This document shows, piece after piece, positions 23,694 to 34,342 of a stretch of 64,000 nt of DNA. The DNA is from Octopus sinensis (lineage: Eukaryota), in NCBI RefSeq assembly GCF_006345805.1, contig NC_043008.1, positions 17,422,001 through 17,486,000 on the forward strand, read 5' to 3'. Within the stretch, counting starts at the first letter, position 1. Each line of letters begins with the position of its first letter. A program made the position numbers and the translations under genes. The notes below the pieces were generated by a model. It was given only the letters and a program-made list of their open reading frames with translations. It searched no databases and was not told the origin of the DNA.

Positions 23694-26327
23694 ATGAACG
23701 AAGCTGCAGCTAGAGAAGATAATACAGAGGAAATGATTATAGACCAGCCCAGGGCGGATAAAAACGAAGAGAGGATTGAAAGAGTTAGTATAAGTGATAG
23801 GCAAAGTGAAATACGCCCTGAACCAATCATAAACACTAAGACAGATGAGCATCAAATAGATAAAGAAAGTCACACAAATATTGACCCAACAGAACTACAT
23901 GAGCTAAAAAATCAAATCATGATTGAATGGCTGAAAATTAAAGAAACCAGCATGGATGAGCGTGATACACTTCCTAAAATCCGCAACTCTAACCAAAACA
24001 TGAAAATAATTGGTAAAATCCGGCTTGCACTTAAGGATATAATTTCAGTTAATGATGTTGATATCACAAACCTCAACCACCTATACTATGCATCCGCGAA
24101 AATCTCAACGATCCTATGTGGTGTAAAGATTAGAAAACGGCAACAGTCCCACAAAAAGCCTTCTTGGCAAGAGCGTCTGCAACAACAAATTAAAGTATTT
24201 AGATCTGACATTGAATATTTGAAAAACCTTAAGGCTCACAAGACTACCAAACCTACAAAAACCCAAAAATTACTGAAAAAATACAATATGAAAACTATAC
24301 TTGATATTGATGCCACCATAGAAACCATCAAACAAAAGGTATCTGCCAAAGCTGCCCGCATAGCGAGGTATGAAAAGCGTGTTAGATTTTTCAAGGACAA
24401 CAACATGTTCAAAAATAACACCAAGAATTTTTACAGGAAGATAGGAAAAACAGCGTTTACTGCAGGGTCTGTACCATCAAAAGAAGAAGTGCAGAGATTT
24501 TGGAATAAAATCTGGGCAGAAGAAAAAACACACAACGAAAAGGCCCCCTGGATTGACAGAATATCTACAGAACTGGACCCCTTAGAAGAGCAAAAGTGGG
24601 AGGGTGTCAAGGTAGAAGATATAAGATCTGCTCTCAGGAGGTCAAGCAAATGGAAGTCTCCAGGAAAGGATAAAATTCCTAACTTCTGGCTGAATGCCTT
24701 CCCAGAGAGCCATGAACTGCTAACAGAACTGTACAATGATGTTTTGCAACACCCTAGTAGGATGCCTCCTTGGCTAGTTAATGGGTTAACATTCCTGCTT
24801 CCAAAAAGTGAAGAAACAAATGAACCAAAAAACTATAGACCCATAACCTGCTTAACAACTATGTACAAAACACTAACATCTGTCCTGACGGAATATACCT
24901 ATAGTTTTTTAACAGACAGCAGCATATTCCCTAATGAACAGAAAGGATGTAAACGTGGATCCTACGGCTGTAAAGACCAACTACTCATCAATAAGATGAT
25001 CTTAGAAGATTGTCACAAACGACACAAAAACTTATCAATAGCCTGGATAGACTATAAAAAGGCTTTTGATAGCCTACCACATAGCTGGATTAGGAAATGC
25101 CTTGAAATGTATAAGATAGCACCAACTCTGCGAAACTTCTTGACTGTAAGTATGAGATCATGGAGAACCACACTAACTCTGAACAGTGACAGTGAATCCC
25201 TAAATGCTGGTGATGTAAAAATTTCGTGTGGCATTTTCCAGGGTGACTCACTGTCACCACTCCTCTTTTGTTTATCCTTAATACCTCTCTCAAAGCTGCT
25301 CAATGACGCGCAGTACGGGTATAAAATGTTTGATAAAAATATAAATCATCTCGTTTACATGGATGATTTAAAGCTTTTTGCAAAAAATGATCAACAACTC
25401 AAGGGCTTACTAGCGATAGTCAAACAATTCAGTGACGACATCAGAATGCAATTCGGCCTCGATAAATGTGCAAAGGCTACCTTTATCAAAGGAAAAATGA
25501 CAGAAACATCTAACGTTAACCTTGACCAACAGAATGTCATAAAAGAACTAGACCCAGCGGAGAGCTACAAGTACCTAGGGGTAATTGAAGGGAACGGAAT
25601 AAGGCATTCAGAGATGAAGGAAAGGATCAGGAGAGAATGCTATCGAAGAGTGAGAGCAATACTCAAGACAGAGCTGAATGCAAGAAACAGGATCGAAGCA
25701 ATCAATGCATTAGCTATACCAGTCGTGACTTACAGTTTCAATATTGTTAACTGGTCAATTACTGAAATATGTCAGCTCGACAGAAAAATAAGGAAACTGT
25801 TGACAATGCATAGAATGCACCACCCTAAGGCAGATACAGAACGACTCTATCTGCCAAGAAAAGAGGGAGGCCGTGGTCTTTTGCAACTGGCAATAACAAT
25901 GAAGATTGCTACAATTGGCCTAGACACCTACCTGAAAAACTCTGAGGACTGGATGTTAAAACTTGTCTCAAAACATGAAAACAAGAAAGCATCATACTCA
26001 GTCACAAAACAGGCAAAGGAATATCTAAGTGAATTCCGAATACAACCAATTTCGGAATTAGAGATAGACATACAAGAAACAAGCACAGAAAAAGCTAGGC
26101 GCATGAAAACCCGTGCCAAAACTGCGGCCTTAGATATTCTGAATAATAAATGGCAAGAAAAACCTCTCTATGGCAAATACCCAAAGAGAGCGAATAATGC
26201 AGATATCGACAAAGCCCTGACCCATCAATGGCTAATGGCCTCTGGCTTAAAATCTGAAACAGAGGGGTTTATCATAGCAGCTCAAGATCAATGCCTACCA
26301 ACAAGAACTACCAGGCCAACATATTAA
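23694..26327 (+). CDS. LINE polyprotein part 2: reverse transcriptase (877 aa open frame)
   Basis: Motifs KSPGKDKI, NYRPITCL, WIDYKKAFDS, QGDSLSPLLF, YMDDLKLF, YKYLG and LYLPRKEGGRGL. Confidence 0.97.
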   Translation: MNEAAAREDNTEEMIIDQPRADKNEERIERVSISDRQSEIRPEPIINTKTDEHQIDKESHTNIDPTELHELKNQIMIEWLKIKETSMDERDTLPKIRNSNQNMKIIGKIRLALKDIISVNDVDITNLNHLYYASAKISTILCGVKIRKRQQSHKKPSWQERLQQQIKVFRSDIEYLKNLKAHKTTKPTKTQKLLKKYNMKTILDIDATIETIKQKVSAKAARIARYEKRVRFFKDNNMFKNNTKNFYRKIGKTAFTAGSVPSKEEVQRFWNKIWAEEKTHNEKAPWIDRISTELDPLEEQKWEGVKVEDIRSALRRSSKWKSPGKDKIPNFWLNAFPESHELLTELYNDVLQHPSRMPPWLVNGLTFLLPKSEETNEPKNYRPITCLTTMYKTLTSVLTEYTYSFLTDSSIFPNEQKGCKRGSYGCKDQLLINKMILEDCHKRHKNLSIAWIDYKKAFDSLPHSWIRKCLEMYKIAPTLRNFLTVSMRSWRTTLTLNSDSESLNAGDVKISCGIFQGDSLSPLLFCLSLIPLSKLLNDAQYGYKMFDKNINHLVYMDDLKLFAKNDQQLKGLLAIVKQFSDDIRMQFGLDKCAKATFIKGKMTETSNVNLDQQNVIKELDPAESYKYLGVIEGNGIRHSEMKERIRRECYRRVRAILKTELNARNRIEAINALAIPVVTYSFNIVNWSITEICQLDRKIRKLLTMHRMHHPKADTERLYLPRKEGGRGLLQLAITMKIATIGLDTYLKNSEDWMLKLVSKHENKKASYSVTKQAKEYLSEFRIQPISELEIDIQETSTEKARRMKTRAKTAALDILNNKWQEKPLYGKYPKRANNADIDKALTHQWLMASGLKSETEGFIIAAQDQCLPTRTTRPTY

Positions 26328-26914
26328 AGATCAGAAGCAGTCCAACGTGTCGTGTATGCAAGCAACAAAATGAAACCATTGACCATGTGGTCTCCAAGTG
26401 CAGTCTTCTAGCGCCTACAGAGTATCTCAACAGGCACGATAGAGCTGCACAATATATTCACTGGGTAATCTGTAAAAACCTGGATTTGCCCCATGAAAAA
26501 AACTGGTGGGAACACAAACCACCCCCAGTGCTTGAAAATGACCACATCTCACTCCTCTGGAACTTCACCATTCAAACTGACAGGAAGATAGATGCAAATA
26601 GGCCAGACATCATATTGAAAGACTTCAAACAAAGAACATGCCTCCTCATTGATATGACTGTCCCAATCGATATAAACGTATCTGTCAGGACCTACCAAAA
26701 ACTGAGCAAATATAAAGATCTTGAAATAGAAATCAGCAAAATGTGGAAGCTGAAGACTAAAACAATACCTGTTGTCATAGGTGCCCTGGGAATGATAGCA
26801 AAAGGGGCTGATAGCTACCTAACTCAGATACCAGGAAACCCAAAAATGGCAGAAGTTCAAAAGATAGTGCTCATGGGAACTGCTCATATCCTACGCAAAA
26901 TACTCTCTATGTAA
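26291..26914 (+). CDS. LINE polyprotein part 3: CCHC knuckle and restriction-like endonuclease
   Basis: CRVCKQQNETIDHVVSKC, RHD, and RPDIIL...LIDMTVP...KLSKYKDL. It joins part 2 if one base is restored near 26303-26307 (QCLPTR/NYQANILK). Confidence 0.93.
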   Translation: MPTNKNYQANILKIRSSPTCRVCKQQNETIDHVVSKCSLLAPTEYLNRHDRAAQYIHWVICKNLDLPHEKNWWEHKPPPVLENDHISLLWNFTIQTDRKIDANRPDIILKDFKQRTCLLIDMTVPIDINVSVRTYQKLSKYKDLEIEISKMWKLKTKTIPVVIGALGMIAKGADSYLTQIPGNPKMAEVQKIVLMGTAHILRKILSM

Positions 26915-27132
26915 CCTCAAGGTTTAAAACAACCATAATTTTCGGTTTAAAAAAAAAAAAAAAAAAAAAAACTTTTTTTTTTTAGACATTCATTAGTACA
27001 ACATCCCCACCCCCCAAATATATGGCACACTAGGCATAACAACAACATGAACTTCCAACCCTGTTGTCTCTTGAGGTCTCTGGGTGAGACTTGGAGCCAA
27101 CTTGTACAAATATAAAGCAAAAGTCAAACATA

Positions 27133-27224
<92 letters not shown>

Positions 27225-27226
<2 letters not shown>

Positions 27227-27602
27227 GATGCAGTACCAAGCAGTGGCACCTGATCTTAACTGATTGAAAGTGTTATCATGTACATTGTTTTGTCTTGGTA
27301 TAAAAAATGGGCTAAAGCAAATATTCTGCTCAATACCACAGACTTGCTTGTCAGTTGTTTGACCTTAACCAGTTTGAATAATGCAGCGCTGAGCGGGATG
27401 GGTTAATCGACCCGAAGAAAATACTAACTGGGCCCCTCCTGCTAGGTCTTGTGCTGTGAATCTTGATATGAGATCACCATGCCGCGCACATATGCTTGTG
27501 ATGTATTGCTTGGTGTACCCTTATCAAAGGGTAGTCATGATGGTTATAATAGGCTTCGTATATTTCACCCTAGTTTTACTTTGATGCACTGCTCTCTCAC
27601 TC
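27225..27602. mobile_element. TAA-bracketed non-coding element, copy 1 (internally deleted)
   Basis: Aligns to both ends of 27640-28190 but lacks the middle; (TAA)n on both sides. Confidence 0.85.
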
Positions 27603-27639
<37 letters not shown>

Positions 27640-28190
27640 GCCCTGATGCAGTACCAGGCAGTGGCTCTCATGGCTTCTGATCTTAACTGATTGGAAGTGT
27701 CATCATGTACATTGTTCTGTCTTGGTATAAAAGATGGACTACAGCAAATATTCTGCTCAACACCACAGATTTGCTTGTCAGTTGTTTGACCTTAACCAGT
27801 TGAGCATGTCCCTTAGTGGCTGACGATATGTGCATCACTGATCACGAACAGAAGTAGTGGGGAGCATCATAGCCATGTGTTGAGAGGGATTCTTTGGGGT
27901 TTGAATAGTTCACCTCTGGAAACATGGGTGGTTCTTTCAACATCCTTAAACAACCCTTATTCAGGGACCTTTTGAGCGGGATGGGCTACTCAACCTGAAG
28001 AAAATTCTAACTGGCCCCACCTGCAAGGTCATGTGCTGTTTATCTTGATATGAGATCACCATGTCGCGCATATGTGGTTGTGATGCATGTGCCTGGTGTA
28101 CCTTTATCAGACGGGTAGTCATGATGGGTATATTGGGCTTCGTATATTTTACCCCAGTGTCACTTGATGGCATGCTCTGCTCTCTCACTC
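27640..28190. mobile_element. TAA-bracketed non-coding element, copy 2 (longest, ~550 bp)
   Basis: GCCCTGATGCAGTACCAGGCAG...GCTCTCTCACTC; (TAA)n on both sides; no credible ORF. Confidence 0.85.
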
Positions 28191-29609
28191 ATAATAATAA
28201 TAATATAATAATAATAATAATAATATAATAATATAGTAGCAAATGTATATTTATAATGATGAAAATATAATATAAACCATTATCTATTTATCCCATCCTT
28301 CATGTCTTGTTTCCATATCTATAAATACTAAGCTGACAGAAACCATGTATATATTATTAAAGAATACACTACATTCAGTTATCTTGCACCACATATCATT
28401 GTGTATATCTGGATCAAATATACAACTGCATACCTCAGTAGTTCAGTATCAAAGACTAGTAGGCTTTGACTTAGGTGTTACGACCTACTAATCTTAAGCA
28501 TTTATGTGCCATGTTGAAAAGTGGCAACTACTATCAAAACATTTAAAGTTAATGATCATAATTTCTTCAGTTATACGGCAATAATGAAGCCCATAAAAGC
28601 CATTGCTTTCGTTTAACATGTATAACATTACAAAAATAATTCGATTACGTGGTGCCTTTCATGCTAAATAAGATAATAGTATAGTGAAATAGCACTAAAG
28701 GTAAGTATTTAGGTAAATTTAAATGCACATCAAAATTTCGTATGTCAATTTAAGTATCGTTCTTTGTAGTGCAACAAATTTCATTACGCATTTCGCTTAC
28801 ATAAATTGTTCTATTTCCTCGAAAGCTCTTCATCTGCGTTATTTTTGCTGCTTACATTTTATCTTGTTTTGGATCAAAGAGGACGAAAATATAAAAGCAT
28901 GAAAATATAAAATCTCAAGATTGTGCAGAAACAAAAGAAAATGTCAATTCGTAAGGAAGGAGTTGAATTTGAGGACATTCTTACACAATAGCACGTTTTC
29001 TACGGAATTGCTCATGAGGCACGCACAATGCCAGTAAGCGTGCATAGAAAGCATGACATGTACGAAGAGATATATTGCCTCCGGGCAGTTTTTCAGTTGG
29101 TATTCATACAAATATAGATACATGTTTCGTACAAAAAATTATCATAAAATGGTGACTGCATATGCCTCTATATGTATGTATTATGTATCTATATATGTAT
29201 GTATGTATATATTTATGCTTGGATGTATGTATACATACATGTATATATATATGTATATATACATGTGTGTATACATAAATACATACATACATGCATACGT
29301 GTATGTCGTTAAAACTATTTACAATGCCATCCGCAAAACGAGACTTGAAATAAACTTAGAAAATCCCTCTCTTATGGAATACATTCATAAACACCAACTC
29401 AAAGAATACTGGTGTAATATTCCCATCAAATATAAAGGAAGGGCGAAATTATGTGGTTTGGTAGTCTCCGTGCTGGGGTTGGCAGTATAGCTTCTTCTAA
29501 CAGAACAACCACATTTGAGTGGGGATAAATATTACCTAACAATCTTAAATATGAGTAAAAAATCCATCATCACTAAACCAAGCTATGTATTTATTTGCTT
29601 AACATTATA

Positions 29610-29846
29610 CAGTAGTCCCTCGCCATATCGCGGTTCACCTATCGCGGTTCACCTATCGCGGTTTATTATTTAAGATTATGGCGATTCCTCTGTGGTATTG
29701 TTTGTATTTATAATAAAATAAGTATATACAAATTATAAAAGTAATTTTAAAAAATACACAGTACAGTACTGTTTCTACTTCACGGATTTCCACCTACCGC
29801 GGAGGTGGGTGGGAACGTAACACCCACGATTGTCGAGGAATTACTG
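29610..29846. mobile_element. pogo/Tigger-like MITE
   Basis: TIRs CAGTAGTCCCTCG / CGAGGAATTACTG with TA flanks, and an internal tandem ATCGCGGTTCACCT repeat. Confidence 0.8.
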
Positions 29847-30164
29847 TACATGAATTTGGTTAAACAGTATGTCGTTTGTTTTGTTTAACAAAACAACTGT
29901 TTAAGCAAATCAGATATACTATCAATTAGTATGTTAATAATGTTGTTACAATGAGTTTCCCTAGACACAGCAAAATATGTATATGTATTTATAAATATAA
30001 ATTAGAGAAAAACCACTATTATGCAATTCAAAGATAGACCGAAACAAAATCACAAAGAACAGATAAAATACATTATAAAACATACAACTAGTTCACAAAA
30101 AGTAATAAACAATATATAATGATAACGTTATTATATGTATTTATATGTATATATGTCTATGTAG

Positions 30165-30310
30165 TGGAAGCACCTAGTGGTTGAAGCTGCGTACTCGCGG
30201 TCGATGGAGTGCAGGTTCATATCTCAGACGGGGCTCCGGCAGAAGGTAATGACGAGCTTCTGCTGACGCTTTCATTTCAACATTCTCTCACTCTTTCCAG
30301 TTGCATCCTA
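30165..30310 (+). mobile_element. SINE type C head, diverged and partly deleted
   Basis: CCTAGTGGTTGAAGCTGCGTACTCGCGGTCG...GCTCCGGCAGAAGGTAATG matches 34343-34500. Confidence 0.7.
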
Positions 30311-30321
30311 ATAGCTCATCC

Positions 30322-30527
30322 ATAGCGTACCATCCAGAATTTTTAAGGTGCCTTGGGGAAATTTCGAACCTAGGTTCTCATTCCTAAGGTGCTTTTCGAT
30401 GTAATTATTATTATTGTTGTTGTTGTTGTTGTTGTTCTTGTTGTTATTGTTCAGGTCACTGCTTGGAATCTACTTCGGAATCTTCGGGTGGAGTAGCCCG
30501 TGCTCTTAACCACTACACACACGGGCA
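30322..30527 (-). mobile_element. SINE type E, left copy of a head-to-head pair
   Basis: The reverse complement reads GTAGTGGTTAAGAGCACGGGCTACT...GATTCCAAGCAGTGACCTGAA, then a microsatellite, then CATCGAAAA...GGTTCGAAATTTCCCCAAGGCACC. Confidence 0.75.
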
Positions 30528-30605
30528 TATGGCGTAGTGTAATTAATAACCCCAAGATTCCGAGTTCGATTCCAAGCAGTGACCTGATTAATAATAATAA
30601 TAATG

Positions 30606-30651
<46 letters not shown>

Positions 30652-30708
30652 GAAGAAGAAGAAGAAAAGAAGAAGAAGAAGAAGAAGAAGAAGAAGAAGA
30701 AGAAGAAG

Positions 30709-30745
<37 letters not shown>

Positions 30746-30900
30746 TCGAAAAATAGAAATGTGAACCCAGGTTCGAAATTCCCCCAAGACACCTGAAGAA
30801 GGCTGGAGGGTATATCAGCCGAAATATTGTGGTAACAACACACAAGATGAGGACAAATATGCGTCAAATATAAATAGTGTAACTAACGTACACGATTCCT
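30525..30900 (+). mobile_element. SINE type E, right copy, with internal (TAA)n(GAA)n(CAA)n and hammerhead-like tail
   Basis: Head GGCGTAGTG...CCGAGTTCGATTCCAAGCAGTGACCTGA; body homologous to the left copy. Confidence 0.75.
30790..30831 (+). ncRNA. Minimal type I hammerhead-ribozyme-like motif
   Basis: CAC-CUGAAGA-A-GGCUG(loop 10)CAGCC-GAAA-UAU-U-GUG. It has an intact core, a 5 bp stem II, a palindromic stem III (AAUAUU) and a 3 bp stem I. Confidence 0.55.
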
Positions 30901-31578
30901 CGTCTCTTAGATATAGAACTGTACCATTTCATTTCTCCAGTACGCTGTTTTAGGAAAGGCGCGGATGAAAGTATCAGTTACGATATCAGTTACTTACATT
31001 ATTTTATCGAGATGTCTTATGTAAGAAACTGTTCTTGGAGAGTGTGATAGCTGTTGGGAAGAAGGGTTTCTATGTTTCTGCAGTGAATGTGTTATTGTGG
31101 ATTTTATCTTTAAAAAATTCTGTAACATTTTTTCATCAATACATCTCTAAAAATTGTAACATGCTTTTGGCTATTTATCAGATTATTTGAAGATTTTTTT
31201 GTTTGTTTCTGTATTACAAGAAGCTTCCGCTGTGTTTACTGTACAGAAAGATAGTTTTTGCGATGCAGTGAAACCAAGTCTTGTTGCGAGAACAACTAGC
31301 TACTCCGTATTCAAAAGATACTGATAAATCTATTCAATTTAATACTGCATGAATGATTTTAAAATAGCTTTGTAACACCGTATATTTCAGAAACAAATTC
31401 AAACAAAGGACCTGGATAAACGGCAAATTATCGAATATCAAAACTAATTGGAAACTGTGGTAGGAGCCCTAATGATAATGAGACAAATATCTACTTACAT
31501 ATTACTTAAGATCTATCACAAGTTACAAGAATATTACATGTTCATTATTACGCGTAACACGAGGCATTCATGAAATAG

Positions 31579-31614
<36 letters not shown>

Positions 31615-31666
31615 GTATTACTACTACTACTACTACTACTACTACTAACTACTACTACTACTACTA

Positions 31667-31781
31667 CTAATAATAATAATAATAATAATAATATAATAAT
31701 AATAGTAATAGTAATATTAATAATAATAATAAGAATAATAGTAGTAGTAATAATAATAATAAAATAATAATAATAATAATA

Positions 31782-31816
<35 letters not shown>

Positions 31817-31855
31817 CATTATTATTATTATTATTATATTATTATTATTATTACT
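31667..31855. repeat. (TAA)n switching to (TTA)n (inverted microsatellite junction near 31772)
   Basis: Directly visible; preceded by (TAC)n at 31579-31666. Confidence 0.9.
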
Positions 31856-32275
31856 ATGGTACGGCCACAAACCTGAAGGCATCGTCGAAAATAGAAATGT
31901 AAAGACCGTATGGGATTTTATGATCCAGTGCGACCGTGAGACAGAGAATAGGAAACCAGACATAGTATTAAATGAGAAAGAAAACAAACTATGCTGGATC
32001 ATATATATAGCATGTCCAGCTGACAACAAGGTAAGCGATAAGGAAGAAAGAAAATTCGAGAGATATGACAGGTTAGCTTGGGATGTTAAGCAGTTGTGGA
32101 CGATGGAAAAGGTAGTAGTAGTACCAATAATTATCAGGGCCCTGGGAACAGTGAGCAAAAATCTCGAGAAGTGCGTGGAACAAATAAGGGCTGCAATAAA
32201 GGTGGACCACTTGCAGAAAACAGCACTGCAACCGCTCGAATACTCCAGAAGGTGCTCAAAAAATAAAAGGTGTTA
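31855..32275 (+). mobile_element. R4/Dong-like LINE fragment (RLE domain), different family
   Basis: WYGHKPEGIVENRNVKTVWDFMIQCDRETENRKPDIV...IACPAD...KFERYDRL...VVVPIIIRALG...LQKTAL. Confidence 0.88.
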
Positions 32276-32289
32276 CCTTTACACTATAT

Positions 32290-32712
32290 ATACAAGACCT
32301 GAAATTTCGGGGAAAGGGATAGTCGATTACATCGACCCCAGTACATGACTTGTATTTATTTTATCGACCCCAAAATGATGAATGGCAAAGTCGACCTCGG
32401 CGGAATTTAAACTCAGAACATAAAGATAGACAAAATGCGGCTAAGTATTTTTCGCCCTCGTGCTAACGATTCAGCCAGCTCGCCTTTTTAATAATAATAA
32501 TAATAATAATAATAATGACACAAGACCTGCAATTTATTTACGGTGGGGTAAGTCGATAATATCAACCCTAGTGTTTGATTGGTACTTATGTTATCGACTC
32601 CGAAATGAGGAAAAGCAAAGCCGATCTTGGCGGAATTTGAACTCGGTAAGATGGAGGAAATGCCACTAAATATTTCGCCCGGCTTGCTAACGATTCTGCC
32701 AGCTTGCCGTCT
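32290..32712 (-). mobile_element. Two adjacent SINE type A copies separated by (TAA)n
   Basis: GTCGACCTCGGCGGAATTT and GCTAACGATTC heads at about 32460 and 32690. Confidence 0.8.
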
Positions 32713-33257
32713 TATTAATAATAGTAATAGTTACTACTCTTTAATTTCCATCATTTTCAATGGAGATAAGCGAGGCTTATACCGCAGATAATATTATTTA
32801 TTGATGGTATTTTTTATGAAAATGTTCTAATGTCAGTTACTTTAAATAGTATATGATATAAAAGGATTGTCAATGTATTTTCCGCTGCGAAATTGTACAT
32901 TGCCAAAAAGTAATATTGATTTCAATATAATTACTGTATGCACTGTTGGTTGAACACCAACAACAATAGGCCGCTATTACGATGCTTTGTTTATTTGTTT
33001 ATCTTTTTTTTTACTTATGTGTTAAAGGAAATTCAAAATGGTCTTTTTCTTTTTTCTTTTGAGATATTTAGGTGTGATGTTGTGTGTGCGATCTTTGGAT
33101 GCGAAAATTTCGAGTATGGTGAATGTAAGTACTAAGCAAAATTTTGACCGTATCAAATGTCAAAATTCAAACGACTTGTTATCTTGGAAAAAATTTCATT
33201 GATTTTCAAAGGGCATATGTTTCATCGGTCTTGCTGGAATAAATCAGTTAGAAACTG

Positions 33258-33674
33258 GGATATTTTCGGTTTGAACGGCAGATTTTAAAATAATTTCTAT
33301 GTAACTAAAAAAATTTAAACTTCGTATACTGGTAGAATGTGTTTATAAAACATCTTTTTCTCTTGGCTTTATTGAGAAAATTATATGGTTTGTAAGATAT
33401 TTGTTGTTTTTTTTCTTCAATTTCTGCAATTTCAACAAATCAATTACTTCCATTGAGGCCAAAAACATTCTGTGCCGTATGAATATGTGCCTCGTTTAAG
33501 AAACAGATTGGGTTTATTTACATTTGTGAAGAAAAAGATACCTTCCCCCACCCCTAACCCTAACCCTAACCCTAAAACATTGAAATGCAATAGATCGATA
33601 ATAGGGTCATAATTATGGGTGACAAATTCATATGACACCGCTAGAAAAAACTGCCGTTCAAACCGAAAAGATCC
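33258..33674. mobile_element. Non-autonomous TIR element (417 bp) with internal (CCCTAA)n
   Basis: A perfect 19 bp inverted repeat (33263-33281 / 33651-33669) lies within ~24 bp TIRs starting GGAT. The flanks AGAAACTG / TGAAACTG fit an 8 bp target duplication with one mismatch. Confidence 0.85.
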
Positions 33675-34342
33675 TGAAACTGATCCATGGTAAAACTTAA
33701 AAAGAAAAAAATATTGCAATGCATTTAGAACGATTAACGTTTTAAGAGATATCAAATAATATACATTTACAAATTTACAGAGCCACTTATTAAATAAAAA
33801 GTTGTTGTTTTTATTTTAAGTTATATTTCCTTTTTTATTGTACTATATCTATAAATATATCAAAAGAATTACTCAACCTAAATTATAATGAAGTAAGGAA
33901 ATAACATTTCATTTGTGGTGGTCGAAAGAAATTCTATCGACAATAGTAAATAATGCCTTACGCTTACCCAAACATAATATAGATTCTGAAATTTAATTTC
34001 CTGCTCTTATCTAACTTATATCTAGTTGAATCAGGTTTTAGTGTCGCAAAACATAAAATCACAAAATAAAATAAAGAAGAAATGAAGTAAAATGTCTAAA
34101 AATCGCTGGAAAGAAGACATTGTTTCTCACAAATGAAGCACATACTGTTTAGTTTGCCAGCATCAGGTCCAAGTCCTATACTAGAAGACGAGAAGGGCAA
34201 ATTCAAAGAATTATAATGTTTCGTTGTAAAGTTTGTTACGTTTGGAACAATGATCAGTTGTGTAGAAATGTTTTCCTAAAATCAGAAACGTTGGCACCAA
34301 ACATAGAAACATTTTGAAGAGAAGTAAGTTCATATCTTAGTA

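Larger units (their letters stand above)
23098..27133 (+). mobile_element. Near-intact R4/Dong-clade non-LTR retrotransposon
   Basis: A single polyprotein is split by two -1 frameshifts, followed by a ~220 bp 3' UTR and (TAA)n at 27134-27223. The 5' end is uncertain and may reach 22197. Confidence 0.92.

Noticed and set aside
29053-29490. 145 aa ORF as a host gene
   Set aside because: Its middle is AT/GT low-complexity sequence, and no domain or splice context is recognisable.
30745-30760. 16 nt identity with the R4 fragment at about 31885 suggesting SINE E derives from the LINE
   Set aside because: Comparison with the left SINE copy shows the match is created by a 6 nt deletion, so it is coincidental.
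33550-33575. Telomere or chromosome-fusion site
   Set aside because: There are only about four repeats, embedded in a dispersed TIR element present twice.
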